Positions 39,070 to 48,325 of a stretch of 64,000 nucleotides of DNA are shown here, in pieces. A model generated the notes under the pieces. That model ran no database searches, was not told where the DNA came from, and worked only from the letters and a program-made list of their open reading frames with translations. The position numbers were made by a program, and so were the translations under genes. The stretch lies in the NCBI GenBank assembly GCA_046292385.1, contig JBKBRF010000002.1:107643-171642 (forward strand), read 5' to 3'. The stretch's first letter is position 1; every line of letters starts with the position of its first letter. This stretch comes from Armatimonadota bacterium. Lineage in GTDB: Bacteria; Armatimonadota; SYMT01.

Positions 39070-39300
39070 TTCACCACAGAGCGCACGGAGCACACAGAGA
39101 CTCCGAACCGTTATTCACCGCAGAGGACGCGGAGAGCGCAGAGGGAACGCAGAGGAGAGGAACCAGAGGATTGGGCTTTCTCCGCTCCACGTGAGCCGGC
39201 CAGCGTCCCCGGGGATTCTCCTTCTGGTTCCCCTTTGCGTCCTTTGCGTTCTTGGCGGTGAATTCTGGTTCGGACTCCTCCACGCGTCTCTGCGGTGAAA
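39070..39300. repeat. Nonamer-type (TTCACCGCAGAG...CTCTGCGGTGAA) nested palindromic element, copy 1
   Basis: Paired TTCACC(A/G)CAGAG and GCGGTGAA ends; the core CCCCGG.GATTCTCCTTCTGGTTC is shared with 46061-46341. Confidence 0.75.
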
Positions 39301-39364
39301 AAGTTTCGGAGCTCACCGCAACCAGGGCCTCGCCTGTCCGTTTGGTGCAGGAGAGGGGTTCTCC

Positions 39365-40585
39365 ATGCCGAGCTATTTGGTGGAAGTGCGCGCGCCGGAC
39401 GGAGAGCTGGTGATCGGGCCGGTGACGGCGCCCAGCCTGCCTTCTCTGGCGCAGCGGCTTCGCGCAGAGGGGCAGACGCTGACCCGCGTCTTTCCGCAGC
39501 GGCAGGACCGCTCGCTCGGCGCCTACTGGCGGCGGATCAGTGAAGCGGAGCTGACGACGGCGCTGCGGCAGCTCTCTACGATGCTGCAGAACCGGGTCGG
39601 CGCGGCGGAGGCGCTGGCGCTGCTCTCCCGCGAGGCGGCGAACCCGACGCTGAAGGCGCTGCTGCTTTCGGTGGAGCGGGCCGTGCGGGAAGGCGACACG
39701 CTTTCCCACGCGCTCTCCGCTTACCCGCGGCTCTTCGGAGCGGCGCAGCTCCGCCTGCTGGAGGCGGGCGAGAGCGGCCACCGGCTGCCGGAGGTGCTCC
39801 TGCACCTGGCGGACACGATCGAGCGCTCCGGGCAGGCGGCGCTGCGGGTGCGGACCGCGCTGATCTACCCGCAGACGGTCGGGATCTTCACGCTGCTGAT
39901 GCTCGCCGGGACGCTGGGCTTCGTCACCCCGCGATTCATGGAGCTGTTCCGGGAGCTGGGACTCACCGACGAGCAGCTTCCCCTCGTGACGCGCTCGCTC
40001 CAGTGGGCGGTGACGGTCCTGGTGCCGCTGCTTGGCGCGCTGCTGCCGCTCGCGCTCCTGGCCGGCGCGGCAGCGTGGTGGTACGTCCGCCGGCGGGATC
40101 CGGTGCGAGGCGCCTACTGGAAGCTCCGGATCCCGGTGGTCGGCGCCCTCTATCACCAGCTCGCGCTGCTGCGACTCACGCGCCTGCTGGCGGCGCTGCT
40201 GCGCGGAGGGGTCCCGCTGCTGGAGGCGCTGCGGCTCGCCGGCCAGGGCGCGGGCGATCCGCTGCTCCAGGCGGCGATGTGGGACGCGATCCCGCACGTG
40301 GCCGCCGGGGAGCCGCTCTCCGCCGCCTTCTCCCACGCCGGCATCCTCCCGCCCAGCTTCTGCGGGCAGGTCGCCGCGGCGGAAGGCGGCGCGGCGCTGC
40401 CGGACGCGCTCCTGCGGGCTTCGGAGTGGTACGGCGCCCGGGTCGATTACCTGGCGGCGCGGGTGAGCGCGCTGGTGGAGCCGTTCTTCATCGTGCTCCT
40501 CGCCCTCCTGGCCGGCTGGGTGGCGCTCGGGATGTTCGCGCCGCTGATCGCGATCATCCGCGGGCTCTCCGGGGCCGGCTTCTGA
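39365..40585 (+). CDS. Type II secretion/type IV pilus platform protein (GspF/PilC)
   Basis: RQLSTML, VREGDTLS.AL, AGESG.L, ALIYP and LVEPFFIV...MFAPL. Confidence 0.9.
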   Translation: MPSYLVEVRAPDGELVIGPVTAPSLPSLAQRLRAEGQTLTRVFPQRQDRSLGAYWRRISEAELTTALRQLSTMLQNRVGAAEALALLSREAANPTLKALLLSVERAVREGDTLSHALSAYPRLFGAAQLRLLEAGESGHRLPEVLLHLADTIERSGQAALRVRTALIYPQTVGIFTLLMLAGTLGFVTPRFMELFRELGLTDEQLPLVTRSLQWAVTVLVPLLGALLPLALLAGAAAWWYVRRRDPVRGAYWKLRIPVVGALYHQLALLRLTRLLAALLRGGVPLLEALRLAGQGAGDPLLQAAMWDAIPHVAAGEPLSAAFSHAGILPPSFCGQVAAAEGGAALPDALLRASEWYGARVDYLAARVSALVEPFFIVLLALLAGWVALGMFAPLIAIIRGLSGAGF

Positions 40586-40613
40586 TGAAAGTGCTTCGGA
40601 CGGAAACCATGCG

Positions 40614-42131
40614 ATGGAAACGGTAATCGAGGGCCGCTGGAAAGGGCGCGGCGGGGCGCGGCTGTTCGTCGCTCCGGAAGGGCTGACGCTGGTCGACCAC
40701 GCCGGGGCGGTAGTCGGGGCGGTCGCCTACCCCGAAGTGGCGGGAGTGAGCGCCGGGCGCCGCGGGCGCGGCTCGCTGCTGCGCCTGGAGCTGCAGAGCC
40801 GGGAGCAGTGGGTCCTGGAGGGGCTGCACCCGCTCCAGGCGCGGTTCGCGAGCGAGCTGGTGCAGGAGCAGCTGGTGGCGCTGCAGCGGCGGCAGATGCC
40901 GCTCTACGCGCAGGCGCTGCCGCTGCCGCAGCTGGTGGAGGCGGCGCGCTCGATTCTCTCCGGCTCCCAGCGCGGCGTGATCGAGCTTCTCGACTTCCTC
41001 CTGGCACAGGCGGCGCACCACGGCGCCAGCGACCTGCACCTGGAGCCGTTTCCCGCCTCCGTCCGCGTACGGTTCCGCCGGGACGGCGTGCTGCTCGACG
41101 TCCTGGAGATCCCGGCGCTCTGGCTGCCCCGGCTCCTCGCCCGGCTGAAGATCCTGGCGGGCCTGGCGATCTACCGGTCCGACGTCCCGCAGGAGGGCCG
41201 CATGCCGCTGCGCCTGCCGGACCGCACCGTCGACCTGCGCGTGACGCTGCTCCCGACGCTGCACGGGGAGAAGGCGGTGCTGCGGCTCTTCGACCCGGCG
41301 CGGGCGCTCCTGCGGCTCGACCAGCTCGGCATGGCGCCGGAGCTCCAGGAGCGCTGGCAGCAGCTCCTCCAGCAGCCGCAGGGGATGCTTCTCCTCACCG
41401 GGCCGAGCAACCACGGCAAGACGACCACCCAGTACGCGAGCCTCTCGTTCCTCCACGAGCACCGGCGCGATCTCTCCAACCTCTGCACGGTGGAAGACCC
41501 GGTGGAGTACGACCTCCGCGTGGTGAACCAGACACAGGTGAACGACGCCGTCGGCCTCACCTTCGCGGCGGGGCTCCGGACCGTCCTCCGGCAGGACCCG
41601 GAGGTCATCATGATCGGCGAGATCCGGGACGAGGAGACCGCCGGCATCGCGATCCGGGCAGGGCTCACGGGCCACCTGATCCTGAGCACCGTCCACGCGC
41701 GTTCGTCCCCTGGCGTCTTCCCCCGGCTGCTCGATCTCGGCTGCGAGCCGCATCTCGTCGCCGGCGCCGTGTCCGCAGTCCTGGCGCAGCGCCTGGTGCG
41801 GACGATCTGCGGCGAGTGCCGCGCGCCGGCGGAGGCGACGGCGCGGCAGCAGGAGCGGCTCGGGTTGGGAGCGGAGCCGCGGGAGTGGTCGCGCGGGGCC
41901 GGCTGCGGCGCGTGCGGCGGGACCGGCTACCGGGGCCGCACCGGGCTCTTCGACCTGCTGGAGGTGGACGAGAAGATGCGGGACGCGGTACTGCGCGGGA
42001 GGTCGGTCGACGAGCTGGAAGCGCTCGCGGGAGGCGACGGCCTGCGGGCCGACGGGGTGGCGAAGGCGGCGGCGGGGATCACTTCCCTCGACGAGCTGGA
42101 GCGGGTGCTGGGGAGCCGGCCGTGGAGATAG
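40614..42131 (+). CDS. GspE/PilB assembly ATPase
   Basis: ASDLHLEP, RFRRDG, Walker A GPSNHGKTT, VEDPVE, LRQDPEVIMIGEIRD, TGHLILSTVH and a tetracysteine motif. Confidence 0.93.
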   Translation: METVIEGRWKGRGGARLFVAPEGLTLVDHAGAVVGAVAYPEVAGVSAGRRGRGSLLRLELQSREQWVLEGLHPLQARFASELVQEQLVALQRRQMPLYAQALPLPQLVEAARSILSGSQRGVIELLDFLLAQAAHHGASDLHLEPFPASVRVRFRRDGVLLDVLEIPALWLPRLLARLKILAGLAIYRSDVPQEGRMPLRLPDRTVDLRVTLLPTLHGEKAVLRLFDPARALLRLDQLGMAPELQERWQQLLQQPQGMLLLTGPSNHGKTTTQYASLSFLHEHRRDLSNLCTVEDPVEYDLRVVNQTQVNDAVGLTFAAGLRTVLRQDPEVIMIGEIRDEETAGIAIRAGLTGHLILSTVHARSSPGVFPRLLDLGCEPHLVAGAVSAVLAQRLVRTICGECRAPAEATARQQERLGLGAEPREWSRGAGCGACGGTGYRGRTGLFDLLEVDEKMRDAVLRGRSVDELEALAGGDGLRADGVAKAAAGITSLDELERVLGSRPWR

Positions 42132-42625
42132 TGCTCGGAGCGCTGCTCATCGCCGGCTTCGGCGCGCTGGGCCTCTACCTCCTGGTGCGGACGATCCTCG
42201 CCTGCCTGCCGTTCCGGCCGTGGGTGCTCCTCTCGGTCGTGGCGATTGACCTCTTCGTCTTCGGAGGCGCCGCCTTCGTGCTGCTGCTGGGATCCGCCGC
42301 CGTCGCCTGGATCCTGGAGGGGCTGCAGCAGGCGGCGATCGCGCTGGAGTGGGGCTCCCTGGCGGGGTCTCTCAACCGTTTGCTGATGGAGAGCGCGGAG
42401 GAGCCGCCGTCCGGCGCCGGCGACACGAGCTTCGTGGCGCTGCCGCTCCTCTTCGTGGCGTGGAAGATGTGTCTCCTCTTCGCGCTCGCGCGCTGGGAGC
42501 CGGTGCGCGGCCAGGGAGCAGCGCCCCGGCGTCCGGCTTCCGGCGTCACGCGGGGCGCCCGCCGGCCCCGCTACCGCGAGTTTCCGGAGCCCTCGCCGTG
42601 GCAGCGGGGCCCGCTCTCCTATTGA
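42122..42625 (+). CDS. Hypothetical membrane protein in the pilus operon
   Basis: GTG at 42122 overlaps the ATPase end; three hydrophobic segments; fills the gap between operon genes. Confidence 0.6.
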   Translation: MEIVLGALLIAGFGALGLYLLVRTILACLPFRPWVLLSVVAIDLFVFGGAAFVLLLGSAAVAWILEGLQQAAIALEWGSLAGSLNRLLMESAEEPPSGAGDTSFVALPLLFVAWKMCLLFALARWEPVRGQGAAPRRPASGVTRGARRPRYREFPEPSPWQRGPLSY

Positions 42626-42628
42626 GGA

Positions 42629-43030
42629 ATGGTCGTGGGAGCCAGTCGAAGCGATTCAACAGGGACCCACCGGAGGAGGCGCCGCGGCGGCGCGCTGCTC
42701 TGGACGGTCGGCGCGCTCGCGGTGGTCGCCGCGGTGACGCCGCTCTACGTCTCGCTCTGCACCTCCATGGCGCGCGCCACCGGCCGCGGCGCGCACCGCC
42801 TGATCGCCACGCGCCGCGGCTCCGCCGAGCTGGAGCGGCTGCGGGAACGGCCGCAGGAGAGGCGCTTTGCGGTTCCGGAGCTGCCGGACGGGCGCGGCGA
42901 GGTGAGCCTGCGTCCCGGACCGGCGCCGCGGCTGCGGGAAGCGCGGCTCGCGATCACCTGGGACGAGCGGGGAGTCCGCGCCCGCGCCGAATGGACCACG
43001 CTCGTCGCCAGCCAGGGAGACACCCGATGA
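42629..43030 (+). CDS. Minor pilin-like protein (PilV/GspI-like)
   Basis: RRRRRGG followed by a hydrophobic helix; ATGA-coupled to the next gene. Confidence 0.6.
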   Translation: MVVGASRSDSTGTHRRRRRGGALLWTVGALAVVAAVTPLYVSLCTSMARATGRGAHRLIATRRGSAELERLRERPQERRFAVPELPDGRGEVSLRPGPAPRLREARLAITWDERGVRARAEWTTLVASQGDTR

Positions 43031-43494
43031 GCGCGCGGCGAGGGATGCTGCTGACCCAGTGGATCGGCGCGCTGTTCGTCGGCGGGCTCGTCCTCGGCAC
43101 GGCGGTGCCGCTCTACCTGACCGCGCAGCGAGAGGCCGCGCTCGGGGTCCGCCGGGCACGCCTCGTCGCGGCCGGACGCGAGGCCGCGGCGCGGATCGAG
43201 CAGGACCTCCGCGAAGCGAGGGCGGCGCAGGTCTCCGCCGACGGGCGCTCCCTCCGCCTCACTTCCCGCGGAGCCGTCCGGTACGCTTCCACGGCGGAGG
43301 GGCTGCTGCGCGAGCGCCGCGATGCCTCCGGCACGATGCGGGAGCGGGCCTGGCTCGGCGGCGCGGCGCTGGAGACGCGCTTCCGGCGAGAGGGCCGGGC
43401 GGTAGCCGCGCACCTGCGGCTGCGGGATGAGCTGGAGGGGCGGCGCTCAGCGCTCGACCTCCAGGTGCTCGCGACCCCGAGGGCCGCGCCATGA
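43027..43494 (+). CDS. Minor pilin-like protein (PilW/GspJ-like)
   Basis: [17 protein letters not shown]...; the RIEQDLREA motif is typical of GspJ/PilW. Confidence 0.68.
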   Translation: MSARRGMLLTQWIGALFVGGLVLGTAVPLYLTAQREAALGVRRARLVAAGREAAARIEQDLREARAAQVSADGRSLRLTSRGAVRYASTAEGLLRERRDASGTMRERAWLGGAALETRFRREGRAVAAHLRLRDELEGRRSALDLQVLATPRAAP

Positions 43495-43883
43495 AGCGCA
43501 GGCTGCACGGCCGGCGGGGCGGGACGCTCGCGCTGGTGCTGGCGCTCTACCTGGCGCTCGGCGCGGTGCTGCTCGGCGCCGTGAGCCTGGCCGCCGCCTC
43601 CGCCGGCGCGGCGGAGCGAGACTACCGCCGATCGCAGGCCCTGGCACTCGCCGAGGCCGGCCTGGCGGAAGCGATTGCCGGCGCGGAGCCGCACCAGTCG
43701 CGTCCGCTCGGGCTCGGCCGCTACGCCTGGAGCGTCCAACCGCAGGACCCCGGCCGGCTGGTGACGGCGCGCGGGGAGGTCGAGTCGGTCTCGGGAGCGG
43801 TGGTCACGCGGACGGTCCGCGCGCTCCTGGCGCGCTCCGGCCCCGGCTGGAAGATCGTCTCCTGGGAGGAAGGAAGCCGATGA
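43491..43883 (+). CDS. Minor pilin-like protein (PilX/GspK-like)
   Basis: [10 protein letters not shown]...; [10 protein letters not shown] motif; C-terminal IVSWEE. Confidence 0.72.
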   Translation: MKRRLHGRRGGTLALVLALYLALGAVLLGAVSLAAASAGAAERDYRRSQALALAEAGLAEAIAGAEPHQSRPLGLGRYAWSVQPQDPGRLVTARGEVESVSGAVVTRTVRALLARSGPGWKIVSWEEGSR

Positions 43884-44593
43884 ACCCGCCTGCTCGCCCC
43901 CGGCGCGGCTTCACGCTCGTGGAGCTGACGGTGGTCGTTGCCGTGATCGCTATCCTCGCCGCCATCCTCTTCCCGGTCTTCGCGCAGGCTCGCGAGGCGA
44001 CCCGCCGCGCCTCCTGCACGGCGAACCTCCACCAGATCGGGATGGCGCTCCATCTCTACGGGCGCGACCACGACGGCCGGCTCCCGCCGGGCCACCACGA
44101 CCTGACGCCGCTCCTCGGGCTCTACCTGAACTCGTGGGGAGTGTTCAATTGTCCCAGCAGCCCCCACCGGATCGACCTCTCTCCGCTGCCGGCGCCGCGG
44201 TCCGGACCGATCCCGCCCGTGGGCCCCGGCCTGCTCACCGAGAAGCCCGCCGGACGGTACTCGGCGTTCCAGTACCGGGGCGGACTGACCCTGGAGGAGC
44301 GGGGAGAGACGCCGATCGCGGCCGACTGGGCGTTCTGGCACCAGGGCCGGTCGCACGTGCTGCTGCTGGGAGGCCGCGTGGAGGGAGTGCCGCCCGAGCG
44401 CTGGAAGCCGATCGCGCCGCCGCTCTTCTGGCGGCCCGGGCTCTCGATGGAGTGGCCCGACAACATCACCCCTTTCTTGCACGGCAAGCCGCCCCGCACA
44501 CCGAAAGCCGCGGAGAGGCCGCCGGAGCAGTGGGCACGCCCCGGGGTACCGGTCGGCGGCCCGCCGGTGACCCCCGGGAGCGGCAGGCCATGA
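43880..44593 (+). CDS. Short DUF1559-like prepilin protein 1
   Basis: [39 protein letters not shown]. Confidence 0.88.
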   Translation: MNPPARPRRGFTLVELTVVVAVIAILAAILFPVFAQAREATRRASCTANLHQIGMALHLYGRDHDGRLPPGHHDLTPLLGLYLNSWGVFNCPSSPHRIDLSPLPAPRSGPIPPVGPGLLTEKPAGRYSAFQYRGGLTLEERGETPIAADWAFWHQGRSHVLLLGGRVEGVPPERWKPIAPPLFWRPGLSMEWPDNITPFLHGKPPRTPKAAERPPEQWARPGVPVGGPPVTPGSGRP

Positions 44594-45129
44594 GACGACC
44601 GCGCGCAGGCTTTACCTTGGTGGAGCTCACCGTCGTCTTCGCCGTCATCGGCATCCTCGCCGCGATCCTCTTCCCGGTCTTCAACCAGGCACGAGAGGCG
44701 GGGCGGAAGGCAGACTGCCAGACGCGGCTCTACCAGCTCGGCGCCGCGCTGCAGCTCTACGCGCGGGACCACGACGGCAAGCTGCCGCCGGCACACAACG
44801 ACTTCCGGCCGCTGCGGGGCGTCTACGTGACCGACGAGCAGCTCTTCCGGTGCCCTACCGACAGCGGGAAAGGCGCCAGCTACCAGTACCGCGGCGGCCT
44901 CTCCCTGGAGGACCGCCCGGACATTCCGCTCGCCGCGGACTGGGACTTCCGCCACGGCGGCGGCGGCTCTGTGCTCTACCTGGACGGGCACGTCAAGTGG
45001 ATCAAGGACACCAACTGGCAGCCGGTGGCGCCGGGGCCGCGGCCGGGCGGACCCACGCCGGGAGCTACGCCGATGCCGTACCTGAACGACTGGCAGTCCA
45101 CACCGGCCCCGGCGGAGGAGGCGGAATGA
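44590..45129 (+). CDS. Short DUF1559-like prepilin protein 2 with H-X9-DG
   Basis: RAG|FTLVEL...[25 protein letters not shown]. Confidence 0.88.
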   Translation: MRRPRAGFTLVELTVVFAVIGILAAILFPVFNQAREAGRKADCQTRLYQLGAALQLYARDHDGKLPPAHNDFRPLRGVYVTDEQLFRCPTDSGKGASYQYRGGLSLEDRPDIPLAADWDFRHGGGGSVLYLDGHVKWIKDTNWQPVAPGPRPGGPTPGATPMPYLNDWQSTPAPAEEAE

Positions 45130-45614
45130 GCGGGATGCACTCCACAACGCGGCGGGGGTTTACGTTCCTGGAGCTGGTGGTGACGCTGGCGATCGTCCTC
45201 ACGCTTGTCGCGCTCCTGCTGCCCGCGTTCGTCTCCGGCCGCGAAGGCGCCCGCCGGACCAACTGCGGCAGCAACCTGCAGCAGCTCGGAGCGGCGCTGC
45301 AGCTCTACGCGCTCGACCACAACGGGCGCTACCCGCCGGAGCACGACCGGTGGGAGCCGCTCGCCACCTACACGAAGAACGAGGGCATCTACCGCTGTCC
45401 GACGGCAGAGCTCCGGAAGCTCTCACCGGAACACTACCGCTACCGGGGTGGGCTGGCCAACGACCAGCGGTCCGACCTCTCGCTCGCGTGGGACCGCACA
45501 CCACTGCATGAGGACGGCGCCAACCTGCTGCAGCTCGGCGGGAGCGTCCGCTGGGTGCCGCGGAATCGGCTCCCGGCCCTGCCGGGGAGAGGACCGCAGG
45601 AGACCGCGGAATGA
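45126..45614 (+). CDS. Short DUF1559-like prepilin protein 3
   Basis: [34 protein letters not shown]. Confidence 0.85.
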   Translation: MSGMHSTTRRGFTFLELVVTLAIVLTLVALLLPAFVSGREGARRTNCGSNLQQLGAALQLYALDHNGRYPPEHDRWEPLATYTKNEGIYRCPTAELRKLSPEHYRYRGGLANDQRSDLSLAWDRTPLHEDGANLLQLGGSVRWVPRNRLPALPGRGPQETAE

Positions 45615-46048
45615 GACCCGCACGACGAGGCTTCACGCTGATCGAGCTGCTCGTGGTGATCGCCATGATCGCGATCCTCGCCGCGATCACGCTCCCGATG
45701 ATCCCGGGAGTGAACGACCAGGCGCGCATCGCCACCTGCGAGTCCCGGCTGCAGCAGATCGGCGTCGCGCTGCGCCTGTACGCGGAGGACCACCACCGCT
45801 ACCCCGCGCGGCTGGCGGAGCTGTACGACGGCCGCTACCTGGAGCAGCGGAGCCTGCTGCGGTGCGACAAGGCGGAGACGGAGTACTTCTACCGCCCTCC
45901 CTCGCTCACCGCCGAGCGGGAGCAAGTGGTCGCCGCCTGCGTCGACCCCGCCACACCCCCGGGCCGGCGCCCGCACCGCCACGGCACCACGCTGGTGCGC
46001 CTGCACGTCCACGGCGGCGCTTCCCTGGCCCAGGAGCGACCGGAATAG
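45611..46048 (+). CDS. Short prepilin protein 4
   Basis: [31 protein letters not shown]. Confidence 0.85.
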   Translation: MRPARRGFTLIELLVVIAMIAILAAITLPMIPGVNDQARIATCESRLQQIGVALRLYAEDHHRYPARLAELYDGRYLEQRSLLRCDKAETEYFYRPPSLTAEREQVVAACVDPATPPGRRPHRHGTTLVRLHVHGGASLAQERPE

Positions 46049-46060
46049 CCCGAATCTTAA

Positions 46061-46341
46061 TTCACCACAGAGCGCACTGAGGGCACTGAGAGGAACCAGG
46101 GGGAGGGCTGCTCCGCTTCGCGTATGCCGTACTGCGGCCCCGCTCTGAACCCGATTTCACCGCAGAGGCCGCTGAGGGCGCAGAGGGGAACCAGAGAGGG
46201 TTGGGCCTGGTCCGCCTCACCGGTCTCAGACTGCGGCCCCGGAGATTCTCCTTCTGGTTCTCCTCTCTGCGTCCTCTGCGCTCTCCGCGGTGAATTCCCG
46301 TTCCGGTTCCTCTCCGTGTCCTCTGTGCGCTCTGTGGTGAA
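46061..46341. repeat. Nonamer-type nested palindromic element, copy 2
   Basis: Perfect 17-bp terminal inverted repeat TTCACCACAGAGCGCAC / GTGCGCTCTGTGGTGAA plus an inner TTCACCGC..GCGGTGAA pair. Confidence 0.78.
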
Positions 46342-46366
46342 ACAGGTCCGGAGAGCCTGCGGTGAA

Positions 46367-47050
46367 TTACGGTTCGGAATCGGTCCGCATCGCCCAGCGG
46401 ATACCGCCGAGGAGGTGGCGGTGGAAGCGCTCGTCTGTCCAGGTTGGCATCCCGTGGCCGAGGGCGGTGTAGAAGACGCGGCCCTCCCCGTAGGGGTGGC
46501 ACCAGGCCATGGCGACGTCGCCGTCCGGCCGCTTCTCCAGGCCTTTCTCGAGCTCCACGCTGGCCGGATCGAGGCGCAGCAGCACGTGGGTCTTCTCCCG
46601 CGACCAGCTCCGGTGGGTGTAGACCTCGTCGTGGATGCGGAAGCTGGAGTCGAGGTGGCGGGTGGACGGATGGTCGGGGTCTTCCACCAGGATGCCGACC
46701 TCCTGGTGCCACGGATGTCCGTTGAAGTAGCCGCCGATCAGCTCTCCGTACGGCTCCCACTCGTAAAGGGTGTCGGTGGCGTTGTGGATGCCGATAAAGG
46801 CCCCGCCCTCGCGCGCCCAGCGGAGCAGCTCCGCGCGGCCCGCCTCCGGGATCGGGAGCTCCCCGGTGGTGCAGAACGCAATGGCGCTCCAGCGGCGGAG
46901 GTCGGTCCAGTCGACCGTGCTCACGTCGTCGGTGCAGGTCGCCTCGAACGCGCCCGACTCCGCCCCGAGCCGCGCCAGCACTTCCTGCGAGTAAGGCAGC
47001 ACCTCATGCCGGTAGCCACACGATTGCGTCACATACAGTAGCTGTCTCAC
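46367..47050 (-). CDS. ThuA-like domain protein
   Basis: GYRHE, GGAFIGIHNATDT, GGYFNGHPW, GRVFYTALGH and HLLGGIRWA. GTG start at 47050. Confidence 0.9.
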   Translation of the reverse strand: MRQLLYVTQSCGYRHEVLPYSQEVLARLGAESGAFEATCTDDVSTVDWTDLRRWSAIAFCTTGELPIPEAGRAELLRWAREGGAFIGIHNATDTLYEWEPYGELIGGYFNGHPWHQEVGILVEDPDHPSTRHLDSSFRIHDEVYTHRSWSREKTHVLLRLDPASVELEKGLEKRPDGDVAMAWCHPYGEGRVFYTALGHGMPTWTDERFHRHLLGGIRWAMRTDSEP

Positions 47051-47377
47051 AAAAACCCTCACTGAAAGGCTAAAGCCGAACCCTCCGTGCACGGGAGGTC
47101 CTGCTCCTACTCTTGCTCTTGCTCGCTGGCGATCCTCGTGCTCCGGCACGGCTTCGGCAGCCAGCCCTGTGCTGTTTCCGGTACCACGTAGAGCCCACCG
47201 GGTCCAGGGCTCGGAACCTGACAACCCGCAACCTGCCAACCTGCAACCGGAGCCGTCCGCCAGGCTCTTCGCCGTGGGACCGAGCCGGCCCTTCTGCCGG
47301 CGAGCCGTCCCGGAGAAAAGCCCGGGAACCGGCGCGGCGGGAGTGGGTCTCTCTTCCGGAACCGGGAGAGAGAAGCC

Positions 47378-48190
47378 ATGAAACGAAACTCTGTGATCCG
47401 CCTGTTTGCCGCCCTGTCCGCGTCCGCGCTCCTCGCGGCGTTCGCGCCGCCCGCCGCCGCGGTCGACCTGAAAGACTTCGGGATCGACCTGGGAGACCTG
47501 GGAACGATCCTCGGCGGCGGGAAGAAGGGGGGCGACGCCCTCGGCCTGGTGGAGAGCATCCTGGAGAGCGAGATGCCGCGCCGGGTGGGCCCCGCCCGCA
47601 GCTACGAGGTCACGCTCGGCCGGACCGGCAACGACCTCCTGAAGGGGCGTCTCGGCCGCGCCGACATCGTAGGGCTGGACGTCCGCACCAGCGACGGCCT
47701 GGTGATCCCGAAGATGGCGCTCAACCTGCAGGAGGTGCAGGTGGGCCTCGGCTCCCGGTCGCTGGAGAGCGTGGGCAAGGGGCTCTTCTCCGCCGCGCTG
47801 GATGAGAACGTGGTGAGCCGCTTCATCAGCAAGCGCGCCGGAGCCAGCGTGAAGGACGTCCGCGTCGCCTTCCGAGACGGCGAGCTCCAGGTGAGCGGAA
47901 CGCCGGAGATCATGGGCTTCGGGGTGAAGTCGGAAGTCGCCGGGCGGCCCGTGCTGAGCGGTCGCGACGCCGTCAACTTCGAGGCGAGCAAGGTCTCCGT
48001 GCTGGGGCTGCGGCTGCCCGGCTTTGCGGTGGACGAGCTGGAGAAGCGGATCAACCCGGTCGTCGATCTCTCCGGCCTCAAGCTGCCGGTCCGCATTACC
48101 GAGCTGGACGTGCGCGGCGACCGCCTCCACGCGGATGGCACGCTCGACTTCGGCAAGCTGACGAAGAGCAAGCCCAAGCGACGACGGTAG
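47378..48190 (+). CDS. Secreted DUF2993/LmeA-like lipid-binding protein
   Basis: Signal peptide; DLLKGRL, INPVVDL..L.LPVRIT.L.V..D.L...G pattern. Confidence 0.7.
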   Translation: MKRNSVIRLFAALSASALLAAFAPPAAAVDLKDFGIDLGDLGTILGGGKKGGDALGLVESILESEMPRRVGPARSYEVTLGRTGNDLLKGRLGRADIVGLDVRTSDGLVIPKMALNLQEVQVGLGSRSLESVGKGLFSAALDENVVSRFISKRAGASVKDVRVAFRDGELQVSGTPEIMGFGVKSEVAGRPVLSGRDAVNFEASKVSVLGLRLPGFAVDELEKRINPVVDLSGLKLPVRITELDVRGDRLHADGTLDFGKLTKSKPKRRR

Positions 48191-48325
48191 CACGCCGGTC
48201 ACGAGAGCAGCGGTGGGGAGCGGGACGCGAGTCCGGCTCCCCTTCGTGCGTTAGAGGCGCTGGGAACGCGGCTCCCCTTCCGTACAATGGAGTTGGGGAG
48301 CGGCCGAGCCCGGACAGGAGGGACG

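Noticed and set aside
39070..39300. Possible CRISPR array in this and other repeat clusters
   Set aside because: No identical direct repeats with regular unique spacers, and no cas genes.
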